A DNA stretch of 64,000 nucleotides from an uncultured Alphaproteobacteria bacterium (lineage in GTDB: Bacteria > Pseudomonadota > Alphaproteobacteria > Rhizobiales > Xanthobacteraceae): assembly GCA_963703875.1 (NCBI GenBank), contig CAVPFZ010000016.1, positions 17,145 through 81,144 on the forward strand, given 5' to 3'. Under the pieces are notes generated by a model, which saw nothing but the letters and a program-made list of their open reading frames with translations, had not been told where the DNA came from and searched no databases. Shown here one piece after another: positions 17,512 through 27,086 of the stretch (position 1 is its first letter; the number at the start of each line of letters is the position of its first letter). Position numbers and translations under genes: made by a program.

Positions 17512-18370
17512 TACGGTGCAACGGCCGAACATCTATAGCGAAACACTGGGGCCGGAACAGTTCGGCATCATCCAGAAGCCGCTGACACTGGTTGAGAAAA
17601 TCTACAACCAGACCTGGATACGCAAAATCTTCATCCTCGTCGTTCTCGCAGCTACTTGGGAAATTTACGGCCGCTGGCTCGACAATCCGCTGCTGGTGCC
17701 GCCGTTTAGCGCCGCCGTGAAGGCGCTGATCGCCGATGTTGCCGATGGGACGATACCGACCCGCGCACTCAGCTCGATCCAGGTGCTGCTGGTCGGCTTT
17801 GCCACCGGCACGACGCTGGCCGGCCTGCTCACGGTGTTCGCCATCAGCACGCGCATCGGCACTGATTTCCTCGAAACCATGACGGCGATGTTCAACCCGC
17901 TGCCGGCGATCGCGCTGTTGCCGCTGGCGCTGATCTGGTTCGGCCTGGGTGCCGGCAGCCTCGTTTTCGTGCTGGTCCATTCGGTGATGTGGGCGGTCGC
18001 GCTCAATACGCTGGCCGGATTCCGCAGCGTATCGACGACGGTGCGGATGGTGGGCCGCAACTACAATTTGAAGGGACTGCGCTTCGTCGGCCGGATTCTC
18101 ATCCCGGCCGCGTTTCCGAGCATTCTCGCCGGCCTCAAGATCGGCTGGGCCTTCGCCTGGCGCACGTTGATCGCGGCCGAGCTCATCTTCGGCGTATCGT
18201 CGGGGCAGGGTGGGCTCGGCTGGTACATCTTCGAGAGTAAGAATCAACTCAACATTCCGGAAGTGTTCGCCGGTTTGCTGACGATCATCCTGATCGGCCT
18301 TGCGGTCGAGAACGTGGTGTTCCGCTTTATCGAAACCAGAACGGTGCAACGCTGGGGCATGCAATCCTGA
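17504..18370 (+). CDS. ABC transporter permease, NitT/TauT family
   Basis: PLPAIALLPL, ILIPAAFPSILAGLKIGW..AWRTLIAAE. Confidence 0.93.
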   Translation: MLDTVQRPNIYSETLGPEQFGIIQKPLTLVEKIYNQTWIRKIFILVVLAATWEIYGRWLDNPLLVPPFSAAVKALIADVADGTIPTRALSSIQVLLVGFATGTTLAGLLTVFAISTRIGTDFLETMTAMFNPLPAIALLPLALIWFGLGAGSLVFVLVHSVMWAVALNTLAGFRSVSTTVRMVGRNYNLKGLRFVGRILIPAAFPSILAGLKIGWAFAWRTLIAAELIFGVSSGQGGLGWYIFESKNQLNIPEVFAGLLTIILIGLAVENVVFRFIETRTVQRWGMQS

Positions 18371-18404
18371 TTGCATGACAATCCCGGTTCAAAGGGAGGA
18401 TTCC

Positions 18405-19433
18405 ATGATTCACAGACGCGCTTTCTGCAAAGCGATCGCGGCCGCACCCGTCTTGGCGGCGCCGGGCTTGTTGCGCTCGGCCTTCGCCGACGAAGTGTCG
18501 GGCATCGTGCTGGTCAGCCAGCACGGGCTGCCGTATCTGCCGTTGATGGTGATGGACGAATTCAAACTGGTCGAAAAGCACGCCGCGAAACTTGGCGTCA
18601 CCTCGCTCAAGCCGGAATATAAGACGTTGGGCGGCACGCAATCGCTGATCGACGCGCTATTGAGCGGACAGATGAATTTCGGCGTCACCGGCGTGCCCGG
18701 ATTGAACACGCTGTGGGACAAAACCGCCGGCACGCCGAACGAGGTGCGCGCGCTGTCCGCCGTGCAGTCGATGCCGTTCATGCTGGTGACCAACCGCGAG
18801 GCGGTCAAGACGATCAAGGATTTCAACGAGCACGACAAGATCGCGCTGCCGGCGGTCAAGGTGTCGAGCCAGGCGATCTGCCTGCAAATGGCGGCCGCCA
18901 AGGAGTGGGGCGCGGATCAATATGCCAGGCTCGATGCCTTCACCATCACGCGCCCGCATCCGGATGCCGCCGCGTCGGTGATGTCGAAGGCGACCGAGGT
19001 CAACAGCCACTACTCCGTCGCGCCCTATTATTACCTGGAATTGGCGACGCCGGGCGTGCACCGGGTGTTGAAATCCTACGACACGCTGGGCGGTCCGGCG
19101 ACCAACGGCGTGATGATCATGTCGAAGAAGTTCCGCGACGCCAACCCGAAGGTGACGAGCGCGGTCTACGCCGCGCTCAGCGAGGCGGAGGACTTCATCA
19201 ACAAGAATGCCGGCCAGGCGGCGCAGATTTATATCAAGACCACCAACGAAAAGCGCAGCACCCAGGCGGATCTGACCAAGTACATCTCCGATCCCGACAA
19301 TATCTGGACCACGACGCCGCAGCAGACCATGACCTTCGCCGGCTTCATGCACAAAGTCGGCACCATGAAGCGGCTGCCCGGCTCGTGGAAGGACCTCTAC
19401 ATGCCGGAGTGCCACGACACCAAAGGCAGCTGA
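18405..19433 (+). CDS. ABC transporter substrate-binding protein, NitT/TauT-like
   Basis: RRAFC (Tat-like) leader; QHGLPYLP, DKIALPAVK. Confidence 0.9.
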   Translation: MIHRRAFCKAIAAAPVLAAPGLLRSAFADEVSGIVLVSQHGLPYLPLMVMDEFKLVEKHAAKLGVTSLKPEYKTLGGTQSLIDALLSGQMNFGVTGVPGLNTLWDKTAGTPNEVRALSAVQSMPFMLVTNREAVKTIKDFNEHDKIALPAVKVSSQAICLQMAAAKEWGADQYARLDAFTITRPHPDAAASVMSKATEVNSHYSVAPYYYLELATPGVHRVLKSYDTLGGPATNGVMIMSKKFRDANPKVTSAVYAALSEAEDFINKNAGQAAQIYIKTTNEKRSTQADLTKYISDPDNIWTTTPQQTMTFAGFMHKVGTMKRLPGSWKDLYMPECHDTKGS

Positions 19434-19436
19434 GCC

Positions 19437-21047
19437 TTAAAGCTCGCGCAGCGCGTTGAACTGCGCGACATAGCCGGAGCCGTCGATCCGCACGCCGATC
19501 ACGGTGGTGCGCTTGGATTGTACGGCCGCTTTCAGGGCATTGCTCAGGGCTTGCTCGGTTTCCACCACGATGCCGTCGGCGCCGAAGGATTGCGCCAGCT
19601 TCTCCCAATCGACGCCGCCGATCGCCACGCCGTGCAGCGGAATGCCCTTGATCTCCTGCTTGACGCGAATGAGCCCGATCTCGCGGTCGTCGAGCACCAC
19701 CACGATGATCGGCAGGTTCTCGCGCTGCGCCGTTTGCAATTCCGCGACCGTCATCAGGAAGCCGCCGTCGCCGGTGAACGCCACCACCGGCCGGTCCGGA
19801 AACGCCATGCGCGCGGCCAGCGCGCCGGGCACCGCATAACCCATCGAGGCGAGCCCGTTCGAGGTGAGGAATTCGCGCGGCCCGTAGGATTCCCACTTCT
19901 GCACGATGAGCAGTCGGCTGGCGCCGGCGTCACATGTGGCAATGGTGTTGCGCGGCAGCACCGCGCGCGCCACTTCCATTGCCCGCTGCGGCGACAATCC
20001 TGTGCTCGGCGTGTTGAGCGCGTCGCGCACTTCTTCGCGGAAGTTCTTGGCGGCTTTCTCGCCCCAGTTCGCGCCCTCCGGCGCCCACAGCGACAAGCCC
20101 GCCAGCATAGACTTCAGGCCGCCGATGATTTCCGGATCGGCCGGCACCAGCGCATCGACGCTCGGCACCGAGGACAGCGCCAGCACCGGCAGCGTGTAAG
20201 GCCACGGCTTGGGTTGCAGTTCGACCGCGTCGAGTCCGACGGTGACGATCAGGTCGGCTTCCATCACCAGCTTGCGCTCGATCAGACCGCCGATGATGCA
20301 GCCGGCGCGCAAGCGATGATCCTCCGGGATCATGCCCTTGCATTTGGTGGTGGTGAGCACCGGCGCGCCCAGCCGTTCGGCGAATTTTACGAATTCGGCC
20401 GAAGCGCCGCACCAGTAGACGCCGAGGCCGGCAATCAGGATCGGCCGCTTGGCCCGCGCGAGCATATCGAGCGCCGGCTTGAGGTCGGCGCGGTCCGGGC
20501 CGGGCGTGATCCAGTTCGGCATCAGCGGCGGCTCGGACACGTAGTCGCCGGCCGCGCGCGTGGTCTCGCTCTGCGGAAATTCGAAATGCACCGGGCCGGG
20601 CGGCGCTGCCGTAGCCGTGCGCATGGCGCGGCGCACCTGCTGGCGCACGGTCTTGGCGTCGATGGTCGTGCTCCATTTCACGATCGGCTCGTAGACCGCG
20701 AGCTGATTGATGCGCTGGCGCAAGCCGGTCTCGTAGGTCGGGCGCGAATAGGAATCGGTGATCGCGATCAGCGGCGAGCGGTCGAGGAACGCATACGCCA
20801 CGCCGTTGACCATGTTGGTGGCGCCGGGCCCGCGCGTCGACAGGCAAATGCCCGGGCTGCCGGTGATGTCGCCCCAGGTCGAGGCCAGCATGGCGCCGGC
20901 CACTTCCTGTTTCATCAGCAGAAAACGCATCTGGCGCTGGCGCGCCGCTTCCATCAGCTCGACCGACTCGCCGCCCGGATGGCCGACGATGAACGGCGTG
21001 CCGGCATCCTTGAACGCCGCGGCCAGCACTTCGACGGTCGTTGCCAT
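19437..21047 (-). CDS. Thiamine pyrophosphate-binding enzyme (acetolactate synthase-like)
   Basis: GHPGG, TRGPGATN, GDGGFLM...VVVLDD TPP motif. Confidence 0.92.
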   Translation of the reverse strand: MATTVEVLAAAFKDAGTPFIVGHPGGESVELMEAARQRQMRFLLMKQEVAGAMLASTWGDITGSPGICLSTRGPGATNMVNGVAYAFLDRSPLIAITDSYSRPTYETGLRQRINQLAVYEPIVKWSTTIDAKTVRQQVRRAMRTATAAPPGPVHFEFPQSETTRAAGDYVSEPPLMPNWITPGPDRADLKPALDMLARAKRPILIAGLGVYWCGASAEFVKFAERLGAPVLTTTKCKGMIPEDHRLRAGCIIGGLIERKLVMEADLIVTVGLDAVELQPKPWPYTLPVLALSSVPSVDALVPADPEIIGGLKSMLAGLSLWAPEGANWGEKAAKNFREEVRDALNTPSTGLSPQRAMEVARAVLPRNTIATCDAGASRLLIVQKWESYGPREFLTSNGLASMGYAVPGALAARMAFPDRPVVAFTGDGGFLMTVAELQTAQRENLPIIVVVLDDREIGLIRVKQEIKGIPLHGVAIGGVDWEKLAQSFGADGIVVETEQALSNALKAAVQSKRTTVIGVRIDGSGYVAQFNALREL

Positions 21048-21134
21048 TCTCAGGTCTCCCCGGTCCGGCGGACAAGATAGCAGCAAATCGCGTCCTGCAT
21101 TACACTTCAATGCGTTCTCAGGAACAGATCAGCC

Positions 21135-22181
21135 ATGCCCGCCAACCTGAAGATCGTCGTTCGATTTGATTTTCCCTACCATCCGGCAATGGCCGAGCGG
21201 TTCGCGCGCGAAGACGATATCGATCTGCGCACCTGCGCGCGGGCGGGCGCCGAGAGTCTCGCCTGGACCGCGCTCGAGGAGGCGCACGTCTACATGATTT
21301 CGTCGGCGAAGGACGAGCTGCCGCGCCGGTGGTTCGTGACCGGCGAGCTGCTGCAACGCTGCCCGAAGCTGCTCTGCGCCTCGATGAGCGGCGCCGGCTA
21401 CGACACCGTCGATGTCGAGGCCTGCGGCAAGGCCGGCGTCATCGTCGTCAACCAGGCCGGCATGAACGCGCCGGCGGTCGCCGAGCATACGCTCGGCCTG
21501 ATGCTGGCGCTGTCCAAGCGGATCGCCGAAAACGACCGGCGGCTGCGGCGCGAGCGCGGCTTCACGCGTGAAGACCTGATGGGAAGCGAAATTGGCGGAA
21601 AAACGCTCGGCATCGTCGGCATCGGCCATGTCGGCACGCGGGTCGCGCGCCTGGCGCAGGCCTTTGGCATGACCGTGCTGGCCTATGACCCTTACGTCGC
21701 GGCGGAGGAAATCGCCCGCCGCGGCGCGCGTTCGGTGACGTTCGAGGAATTGCTTGCGCGATCGGACATCGTATCGATCCATTGTCCGCGCACCGGCGAG
21801 ACGATGGGGATGATCGATGCGCGGGCGCTCGCCCGGATGAAGAAGGGCGCGCGGTTCGTGACCACCGCGCGCGGCGGCATCCATGACGAGGCGGCGCTGT
21901 TCGACGCGCTCAAGTCCGGGCATCTCGCCGGCGCCGGGCTCGACGTCTGGGAGAACGAGCCGCCGCCGCTGGACCATCCGTTGCTGACGCTCGACAACGT
22001 GATCGCGACCTATCACACGGCCGGCGTGACGGTTGAAGCGCGCCGGGCGGTTGCCGCCGAAGGCGCCGAGCAGGTCGTCGGCCTGCTCAAGGGCGGCCGG
22101 CCGCCGCGCCTGGTCAATCCGGAAATCTGGCCGGCTTTTCGCGCGCGGTTCGAAGAGATCCTGGGCGTGCCGGTGGCTTGA
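21135..22181 (+). CDS. D-isomer-specific 2-hydroxyacid dehydrogenase
   Basis: GAGYD, AVAEH, GIVGIGHVG, ARGG, LDVWENEP, TYHTAG. Confidence 0.93.
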   Translation: MPANLKIVVRFDFPYHPAMAERFAREDDIDLRTCARAGAESLAWTALEEAHVYMISSAKDELPRRWFVTGELLQRCPKLLCASMSGAGYDTVDVEACGKAGVIVVNQAGMNAPAVAEHTLGLMLALSKRIAENDRRLRRERGFTREDLMGSEIGGKTLGIVGIGHVGTRVARLAQAFGMTVLAYDPYVAAEEIARRGARSVTFEELLARSDIVSIHCPRTGETMGMIDARALARMKKGARFVTTARGGIHDEAALFDALKSGHLAGAGLDVWENEPPPLDHPLLTLDNVIATYHTAGVTVEARRAVAAEGAEQVVGLLKGGRPPRLVNPEIWPAFRARFEEILGVPVA

Positions 22182-22211
22182 GCGCGCCGGACTCTGATAA
22201 GGTCAACGCAA

Positions 22212-22288
22212 GCGCCCGTAGCTCAGCTGGATAGAGCATCAGACTTCGAATCTGAGGGTCGGGAGTTCGAATCTCTCCGGGCGCGCCA
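22212..22288 (+). tRNA. tRNA-Arg (anticodon TCG)
   Basis: 77-nt cloverleaf: GCGCCCG acceptor, TCAGA-CTTCGAA-TCTGA anticodon arm, GTTCGAATC T-loop, 3' CCA. Confidence 0.95.
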
Positions 22289-22300
22289 ACCAAATTCCGC

Positions 22301-22384
22301 TCATTCCCGCGCAAGCGGGAATCCAGGGCCCCAATTTCGTGTGCGTAATGTGTTGCCCTGTTCCCCACTTGCGCGTGGGTGAGT
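22301..22384. repeat. REP-like palindromic element (intact plus degenerate inverted copy)
   Basis: TCATTCCCGCGCAAGCGGGAATCCA at 22301-22325; degenerate inverted copy CTGTTCCCCACTTGCGCGTGGGTGA at ~22358-22382. Confidence 0.55.
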
Positions 22385-22424
22385 CCCGGATAATGCTGGT
22401 AGGGCAGAAGCAATGGGGGGACCT

Positions 22425-22927
22425 ATGAAATTTTTGTCACCGCGATTGGCATAGCTCTGATGATAAGCGGGCTAAGTCCGGCATGGGCGCTTGAGCCGCA
22501 GGATGTTGTCGGCACCTGGAAGCTGTTGTCGAACGTGCGGCAGGTGGCGGGCAGCGATAAGGTCGTCAACAATCTCGGTGCTCATCCGAACGGTCTGATG
22601 ATCCTCACGCCGGACCACCGGTTCACTTACATCGCAACCGCGGAGGGGCGAAAACCCGCGAAGACGACGGAGGAATTCGCCGCTTTGCAAAAAAGCGAGC
22701 TGGCTTATTCGGGACTGGCTACGTTTTCGCCGGACCCGGATAATCCGAAGGGCCTGAAAATGGTGAATAAGGTCGACATGGCGTGGAACGAGGAGTGGAC
22801 CGGCACCAGTCAGACGCGCTTTCTGTCGCTCGACGGTAATCGCCTCACGATTCATACCGCGTTGATGAAAAATCCGATCAGCGGCGAAATGGCGGTCTCG
22901 ACGCTGGTGTTCGAGCGATCCAAGTAG
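22425..22927 (+). pseudogene. Secreted lipocalin-like domain protein with 1-nt frameshift in the signal peptide
   Basis: VVGTWKLLS, GAHPNGLMI, LAYSG lipocalin_5-like motifs; adding one base in AAATTTTT after ATG 22425 restores MK(I/F)FVTAIGIALMISGLSPAWA. Confidence 0.65.
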
Positions 22928-22949
22928 CCCACCTGCTTTGAAACGAAAC

Positions 22950-23177
22950 ATGGCAAAACAACCAAGACAGTTGGTCGTGTGCGTCGGCAATGCCGGCTAT
23001 TCGGCGTCGCTCGAGAAGCGGAAAATTTACGTTGCGCTCCGCGATGCGACTGCTGAAAAACACGGTCTGCTCCGGATCGTCGATGAGTCCGGGGCTGGCT
23101 ACCTTTATCCGAAGACGTTCTTCCGCTCGATCGCCTTGCCGCAGGCCGTTAAGAGAGCCGTGCTGGCCGCTGCCTAG
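22950..23177 (+). CDS. Conserved small hypothetical protein
   Basis: VVCV.N.GY.ASLEKRKIY...RIVDESG..YLYP pattern recalled from a widespread uncharacterised family. Confidence 0.65.
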   Translation: MAKQPRQLVVCVGNAGYSASLEKRKIYVALRDATAEKHGLLRIVDESGAGYLYPKTFFRSIALPQAVKRAVLAAA

Positions 23178-23204
23178 CGAGTTTGGCCGGCGCGCCACTA
23201 AATT

Positions 23205-24167
23205 TCAGCGATCAATCGTAATTTCCTCCCCCTTCGCCCGCGACACGCAAATCATGATGGTGTCCTTGCGCTCGTGCTCGGCCAGCACGAGGTCGCGGTG
23301 ATCGGCTTCGCCCGTGAGCAATTTGGTGCGGCAGGTGCCGCAGGTGCCGGTCTCGCATGAGCTCGGCACGTCGAGGCCGTGCGCGCGCAGAACTTCCAGG
23401 ATCGTCTTGTCGGTCGGCACGTCGAGCAGCGCGCCCGAGCGCGCCAGTTTCACCTTGAACGGCGTGTCGGTGGCCTTATGCGTCTCGGCCTCGCTGAAGG
23501 CCTCGAAATGCACCGCGGTCGGCGACCAATGGTCGGTCATGGCGCGCACCGCCTCCATCAGCGGGCGCGGACCGCAGCAATAAAGATGCTCGCGGTTCTT
23601 TCGCTCCGCGAGGACCGGCTTCAAGTCGAGCGAGGCGGCCGGGTCGCCGCCGTCGTAATGGATGACGACGCTGTCCTTGAATTCCGGCGCGTCCAGCTCG
23701 TCGCGGAACGCCGTCGTCTCCGGCGAGCGCGTGCAGTAGAACAGCCGGAAGCGCTTGTTCTGCGCGCGCACTTCGCGGATCATCGCCATCATCGGCGTGA
23801 TGCCGATGCCGCCGGCGATGAACAGAAAATCCTGCGCGCGCGGCGGCAGGCCGAAATCGTTGACTGGCGCCGCCACCGTCAGCGTGTCTCCCGCCTGAAC
23901 GCGGTCGATCAGGTTGGCCGAGCCGCCGCGGCCATTGGTCTCGCGCTTGACCGCGACCAGATAACGGTCGCGCTCGGCCGGGTCGTTGCACAGCGAGTAT
24001 TTCCGCAGCAGCCCGCCCGGCACGTTGATCGCGATATGCGCGCCGGCGGTGAATTCCGGCAGCGGCTGGTCATCCGCGCGACGGAATTCGAACAGATGAA
24101 TGCCGTCGGCAATCTCGTCTTTGCGCGTCACGCGCAGCGGCATCGGCGGCTGGTCATTGGCAGACAT
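23205..24167 (-). CDS. PDR/VanB-family oxygenase reductase (FMN, NAD, 2Fe-2S)
   Basis: RKYSLC, GGIGITP, YCCGP, C-terminal CETGTCGTC...C. Confidence 0.93.
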   Translation of the reverse strand: MSANDQPPMPLRVTRKDEIADGIHLFEFRRADDQPLPEFTAGAHIAINVPGGLLRKYSLCNDPAERDRYLVAVKRETNGRGGSANLIDRVQAGDTLTVAAPVNDFGLPPRAQDFLFIAGGIGITPMMAMIREVRAQNKRFRLFYCTRSPETTAFRDELDAPEFKDSVVIHYDGGDPAASLDLKPVLAERKNREHLYCCGPRPLMEAVRAMTDHWSPTAVHFEAFSEAETHKATDTPFKVKLARSGALLDVPTDKTILEVLRAHGLDVPSSCETGTCGTCRTKLLTGEADHRDLVLAEHERKDTIMICVSRAKGEEITIDR

Positions 24168-24227
24168 GCGCCAGTAAATGGCCGCTTTTCAGATCAATCG
24201 CAAGGGCGCGAGAAAGGGCGTGAAAGT

Positions 24228-25802
24228 TCAGTGCGCTTCAGTGCTAACGCGCTCGACCGGCGGCGGCGCCGCCGTTACCGGTGCTTCTTCCGCCATCAGC
24301 GCGCCATAGGCATCGACCAGGCCGGCGCCGAACATCGGGTCGATGCCCTTGGGTCCGAGATCCTTGGCGGTTGCCATTAAAATGGCGCGCACAGTGTCGG
24401 GCGAAAGGTCGCCTTTGCGCTCGAGCATCAGCGCGACGATGCCGCTCACTTCGGCCGCCGAATAGGACGTGCCGGATGACATTTCATAGGCGCCACCGGG
24501 GTTGGCCACCAAAATCTGCGCGCCCGGCGCCGCCACCGCGATGTAGCTGCCGCGGTTGGACTGCTCGAACAATTTGTCGTCGGCGTCGGTCGCCGTCACC
24601 GCGATCACCATTGGATAGGCGGCGGGATAGAGCGGCGGCGACTTCGCGCCGGCATTGCCGGCGGCCGCGACCAGCACGATGCCCTTGTTGTGCGCGGCTT
24701 CCAGGCTGCGGCGGAGGACGGGATCGGAAGGTCCGGCAAAGCTCATATTGATGACGCGCGCGTCGTGCGCCGCCGCCCAGTCCAGCGCCTTGAGGATGTT
24801 GAACGTGGTGCCGTCGGCGCCTTTGTCGGATGGATTGAAGGCGCGGATCGCCAGGATGCGCGCGCCCGGCGCCGCGCCCATCAGTCTGCCGTGCGCCGCG
24901 ATCAGGCCGGCGATCGCGGTGCCGTGCTTATGCGGCGTGAACGGCGGCGACAGCGTGTCGTAGGTTTCGGCAATCGCGCCGGCGAGATCGGGATGACCGG
25001 CGTCGACGCCCGAGTCGATGACGGCCACCAGGACCTTGTCGCCCTTGGCGAGCGCGTGCGCCTGCGGCAGATGCAGCTTGGCGAGTTCGTATTGCGCCGG
25101 GTCGCCTTCGCTCATCGATTTGGATTCGTCGCCCTGCATCGTGAACAGATAGTTCGGCTGCACCGCCGCAACGCGCGCATCGCCTCCGAGCGCTCGCACC
25201 GCTCTCGGCACCGAGACATTGCTGGGAATGCGCCAGCGGTACAGCGTGGTGCCGGTCAACTGGAAGCTTTGCTGGTCGAGGCGCGTCAGCCGGAAGCGGG
25301 TTTGCAGGGCGTTGATCTGCGCCGGGCTCACGGTATTGGGAATTTCGAGCACCACTTCGTCGGGTACATAGCGGCGCTCATTAGCCGGCGGCATATTGCC
25401 GGTGTTGCGCGCCGCGTGCTGCGGTCCCCGGTTTGTCCCCGGTGGCCCATTGTCGATGTTGCCGCCGTCCATGTCTTGTACGGCGCCCGGCGGCAACGAC
25501 GGCAAATCTGGCGCGAAATACCCGCCGGTATAGCTGCGAGAATAATTACCACCGCCGAAATTGCGGCCGCGGCCAGTCCAGCCGCCGCGCGAGGGGCCTC
25601 GCGCAGCGACATTCGGCGTCGAGACGCCACGCGTCGGGCCTTTCACCCCGATATTTTGCGATGCGCCGCGCACCGGCCCTTTCACGGCGACATTCTTGGC
25701 CGGGCCGCGGCTGAAGACTTTCTGCGCGAAAGCGGTATCGGCGGCGAAGGCCAGCGCCGCCACGGCGGCGAGGCAGAGCAAAGCGCTACGATATCCGCGC
25801 AT
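24228..25802 (-). CDS. Secreted S8 (subtilisin-like) serine peptidase
   Basis: Signal peptide; VAVIDSG, HGT, AAAGN, SGTS. Confidence 0.93.
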   Translation of the reverse strand: MRGYRSALLCLAAVAALAFAADTAFAQKVFSRGPAKNVAVKGPVRGASQNIGVKGPTRGVSTPNVAARGPSRGGWTGRGRNFGGGNYSRSYTGGYFAPDLPSLPPGAVQDMDGGNIDNGPPGTNRGPQHAARNTGNMPPANERRYVPDEVVLEIPNTVSPAQINALQTRFRLTRLDQQSFQLTGTTLYRWRIPSNVSVPRAVRALGGDARVAAVQPNYLFTMQGDESKSMSEGDPAQYELAKLHLPQAHALAKGDKVLVAVIDSGVDAGHPDLAGAIAETYDTLSPPFTPHKHGTAIAGLIAAHGRLMGAAPGARILAIRAFNPSDKGADGTTFNILKALDWAAAHDARVINMSFAGPSDPVLRRSLEAAHNKGIVLVAAAGNAGAKSPPLYPAAYPMVIAVTATDADDKLFEQSNRGSYIAVAAPGAQILVANPGGAYEMSSGTSYSAAEVSGIVALMLERKGDLSPDTVRAILMATAKDLGPKGIDPMFGAGLVDAYGALMAEEAPVTAAPPPVERVSTEAH

Positions 25803-25828
25803 GGTGGGCCCTCTGCAAGAAGTCTATC

Positions 25829-26506
25829 TCATTCGGCGGTGGCGATGAAGCCGACGACCTTGTCTTCCTGCAGCTTCTTGACGATGTTGGCGAGTTCGCC
25901 CTTCGGCAGCCCGGTCATCGAGACGCGGACCTTGTAGAGTCCGCCGGGCATTGGGCCGGACGCGACTTGCAGCTTGTTGGCTTCGAGGAACTTCGTGATG
26001 TCGTCTGAAGAAGCTTGCGGTGCAAAGCGTATGATCGTGAAGGCGCCGACGCCGGGGTCGGTAGCCGGGGCGGATGCGGTCTCGTAGCCGGTCGTTTTCG
26101 TTTCCTTGATCATCACGCTGGCGATGATTCCCGCTTGCAGCAGAATGGCGAGCGCGGCGGCGCTACCGGCGTAAGCTAGGGTGCGCGGGCTGAAGCTTGC
26201 AAAGAATTCCGCGACGCGCGCGCCGAGATTGAGCGACGTCGCCTGCCGGCGCGCCGGCTCGGCGTCGATCTTGGCGAACAATTTTTCCATGGCGCGGCCC
26301 GAAGGCGCGCCCAGCGTCTCGTTGAGCAGAATGGTTTCGCCGAGTTCCTCGCGCACCATCGCGAAGCGGCGGGCAAGTTCCGGATCGTTGGCCAGCGCCT
26401 GTTCGACGCGCTGCGAGTCGCGGCGGCTCAGCGTGCCGGCGGCGTGCCAGGGCAGCAGGCTTTCGATTTCCTCGTGCGCGATTTTTTCTTTGTTATCCGT
26501 ATTCAT
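25829..26506 (-). CDS. Membrane anti-sigma factor
   Basis: LLPWHAAGTL...VEQALA (zf-HC2-like without Cys), one TM helix, extracytoplasmic C-domain; ATG overlaps sigma TGA. Confidence 0.8.
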   Translation of the reverse strand: MNTDNKEKIAHEEIESLLPWHAAGTLSRRDSQRVEQALANDPELARRFAMVREELGETILLNETLGAPSGRAMEKLFAKIDAEPARRQATSLNLGARVAEFFASFSPRTLAYAGSAAALAILLQAGIIASVMIKETKTTGYETASAPATDPGVGAFTIIRFAPQASSDDITKFLEANKLQVASGPMPGGLYKVRVSMTGLPKGELANIVKKLQEDKVVGFIATAE

Positions 26507-27063
26507 GGCCAACCTCGATCGATTCCTTGTTCCTTCAAGATTTCCGACAACTTCTTGCGGGCGTAGAACATCCGGGTCTTCACGGTCGCTTCCGGGATGC
26601 CGACAATTTCCGCGACTTCCTCCACCGACTTCTCATGGTAGTAAACCAAATCCACGATCTCCCGATGGTCCGCCGACAGTTTGCTCAAGGCCTGCCGCAA
26701 CACCGCGGCCTTGTCCTTTTTCGCCAGAGCGGTCTCAGGCGTGTCGGCATGGTCCTCGATCTGCTCCGCCGTCTCCTCATCCAGTTCCTGCTCGGGCTTG
26801 CGCCGCAAGGCAGATAAGGCCTTGAAGCGCGCGATGCTCAGCATCCATGTCGAGACCGCCGAGCGGCCCTCGAACTTGCCGGCTTGCCGCCAGACGTCGA
26901 GGAACACCTCGCTGATCAAGTCCTCCGCCGTCGCCTCGTTGCGCACCAGACGCAGAACGAACCGGTACACTCGAACGTGATGCCGGGCGAACAGCACCTG
27001 CATGGCGAGCCGGTCGCCGCCTGCGATCCGTGCGATCAGAACTTCGTCCGAAGTCGTTTGCAT
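26503..27063 (-). CDS. ECF RNA polymerase sigma factor
   Basis: AEDLISEVFLDVWR, STWMLSIAR, PEATVKTRMFYARKKL. Confidence 0.95.
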   Translation of the reverse strand: MQTTSDEVLIARIAGGDRLAMQVLFARHHVRVYRFVLRLVRNEATAEDLISEVFLDVWRQAGKFEGRSAVSTWMLSIARFKALSALRRKPEQELDEETAEQIEDHADTPETALAKKDKAAVLRQALSKLSADHREIVDLVYYHEKSVEEVAEIVGIPEATVKTRMFYARKKLSEILKEQGIDRGWP

Positions 27064-27086
27064 CGCAGGCTAATCGGCTCGTGGAT

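Noticed and set aside
19518-21080. Long antisense ORFs (also 24690-25937, 31802-33103, 38975-40438, 12119-13105)
   Set aside because: Shadow frames of well-supported genes in GC-rich DNA, with no motifs
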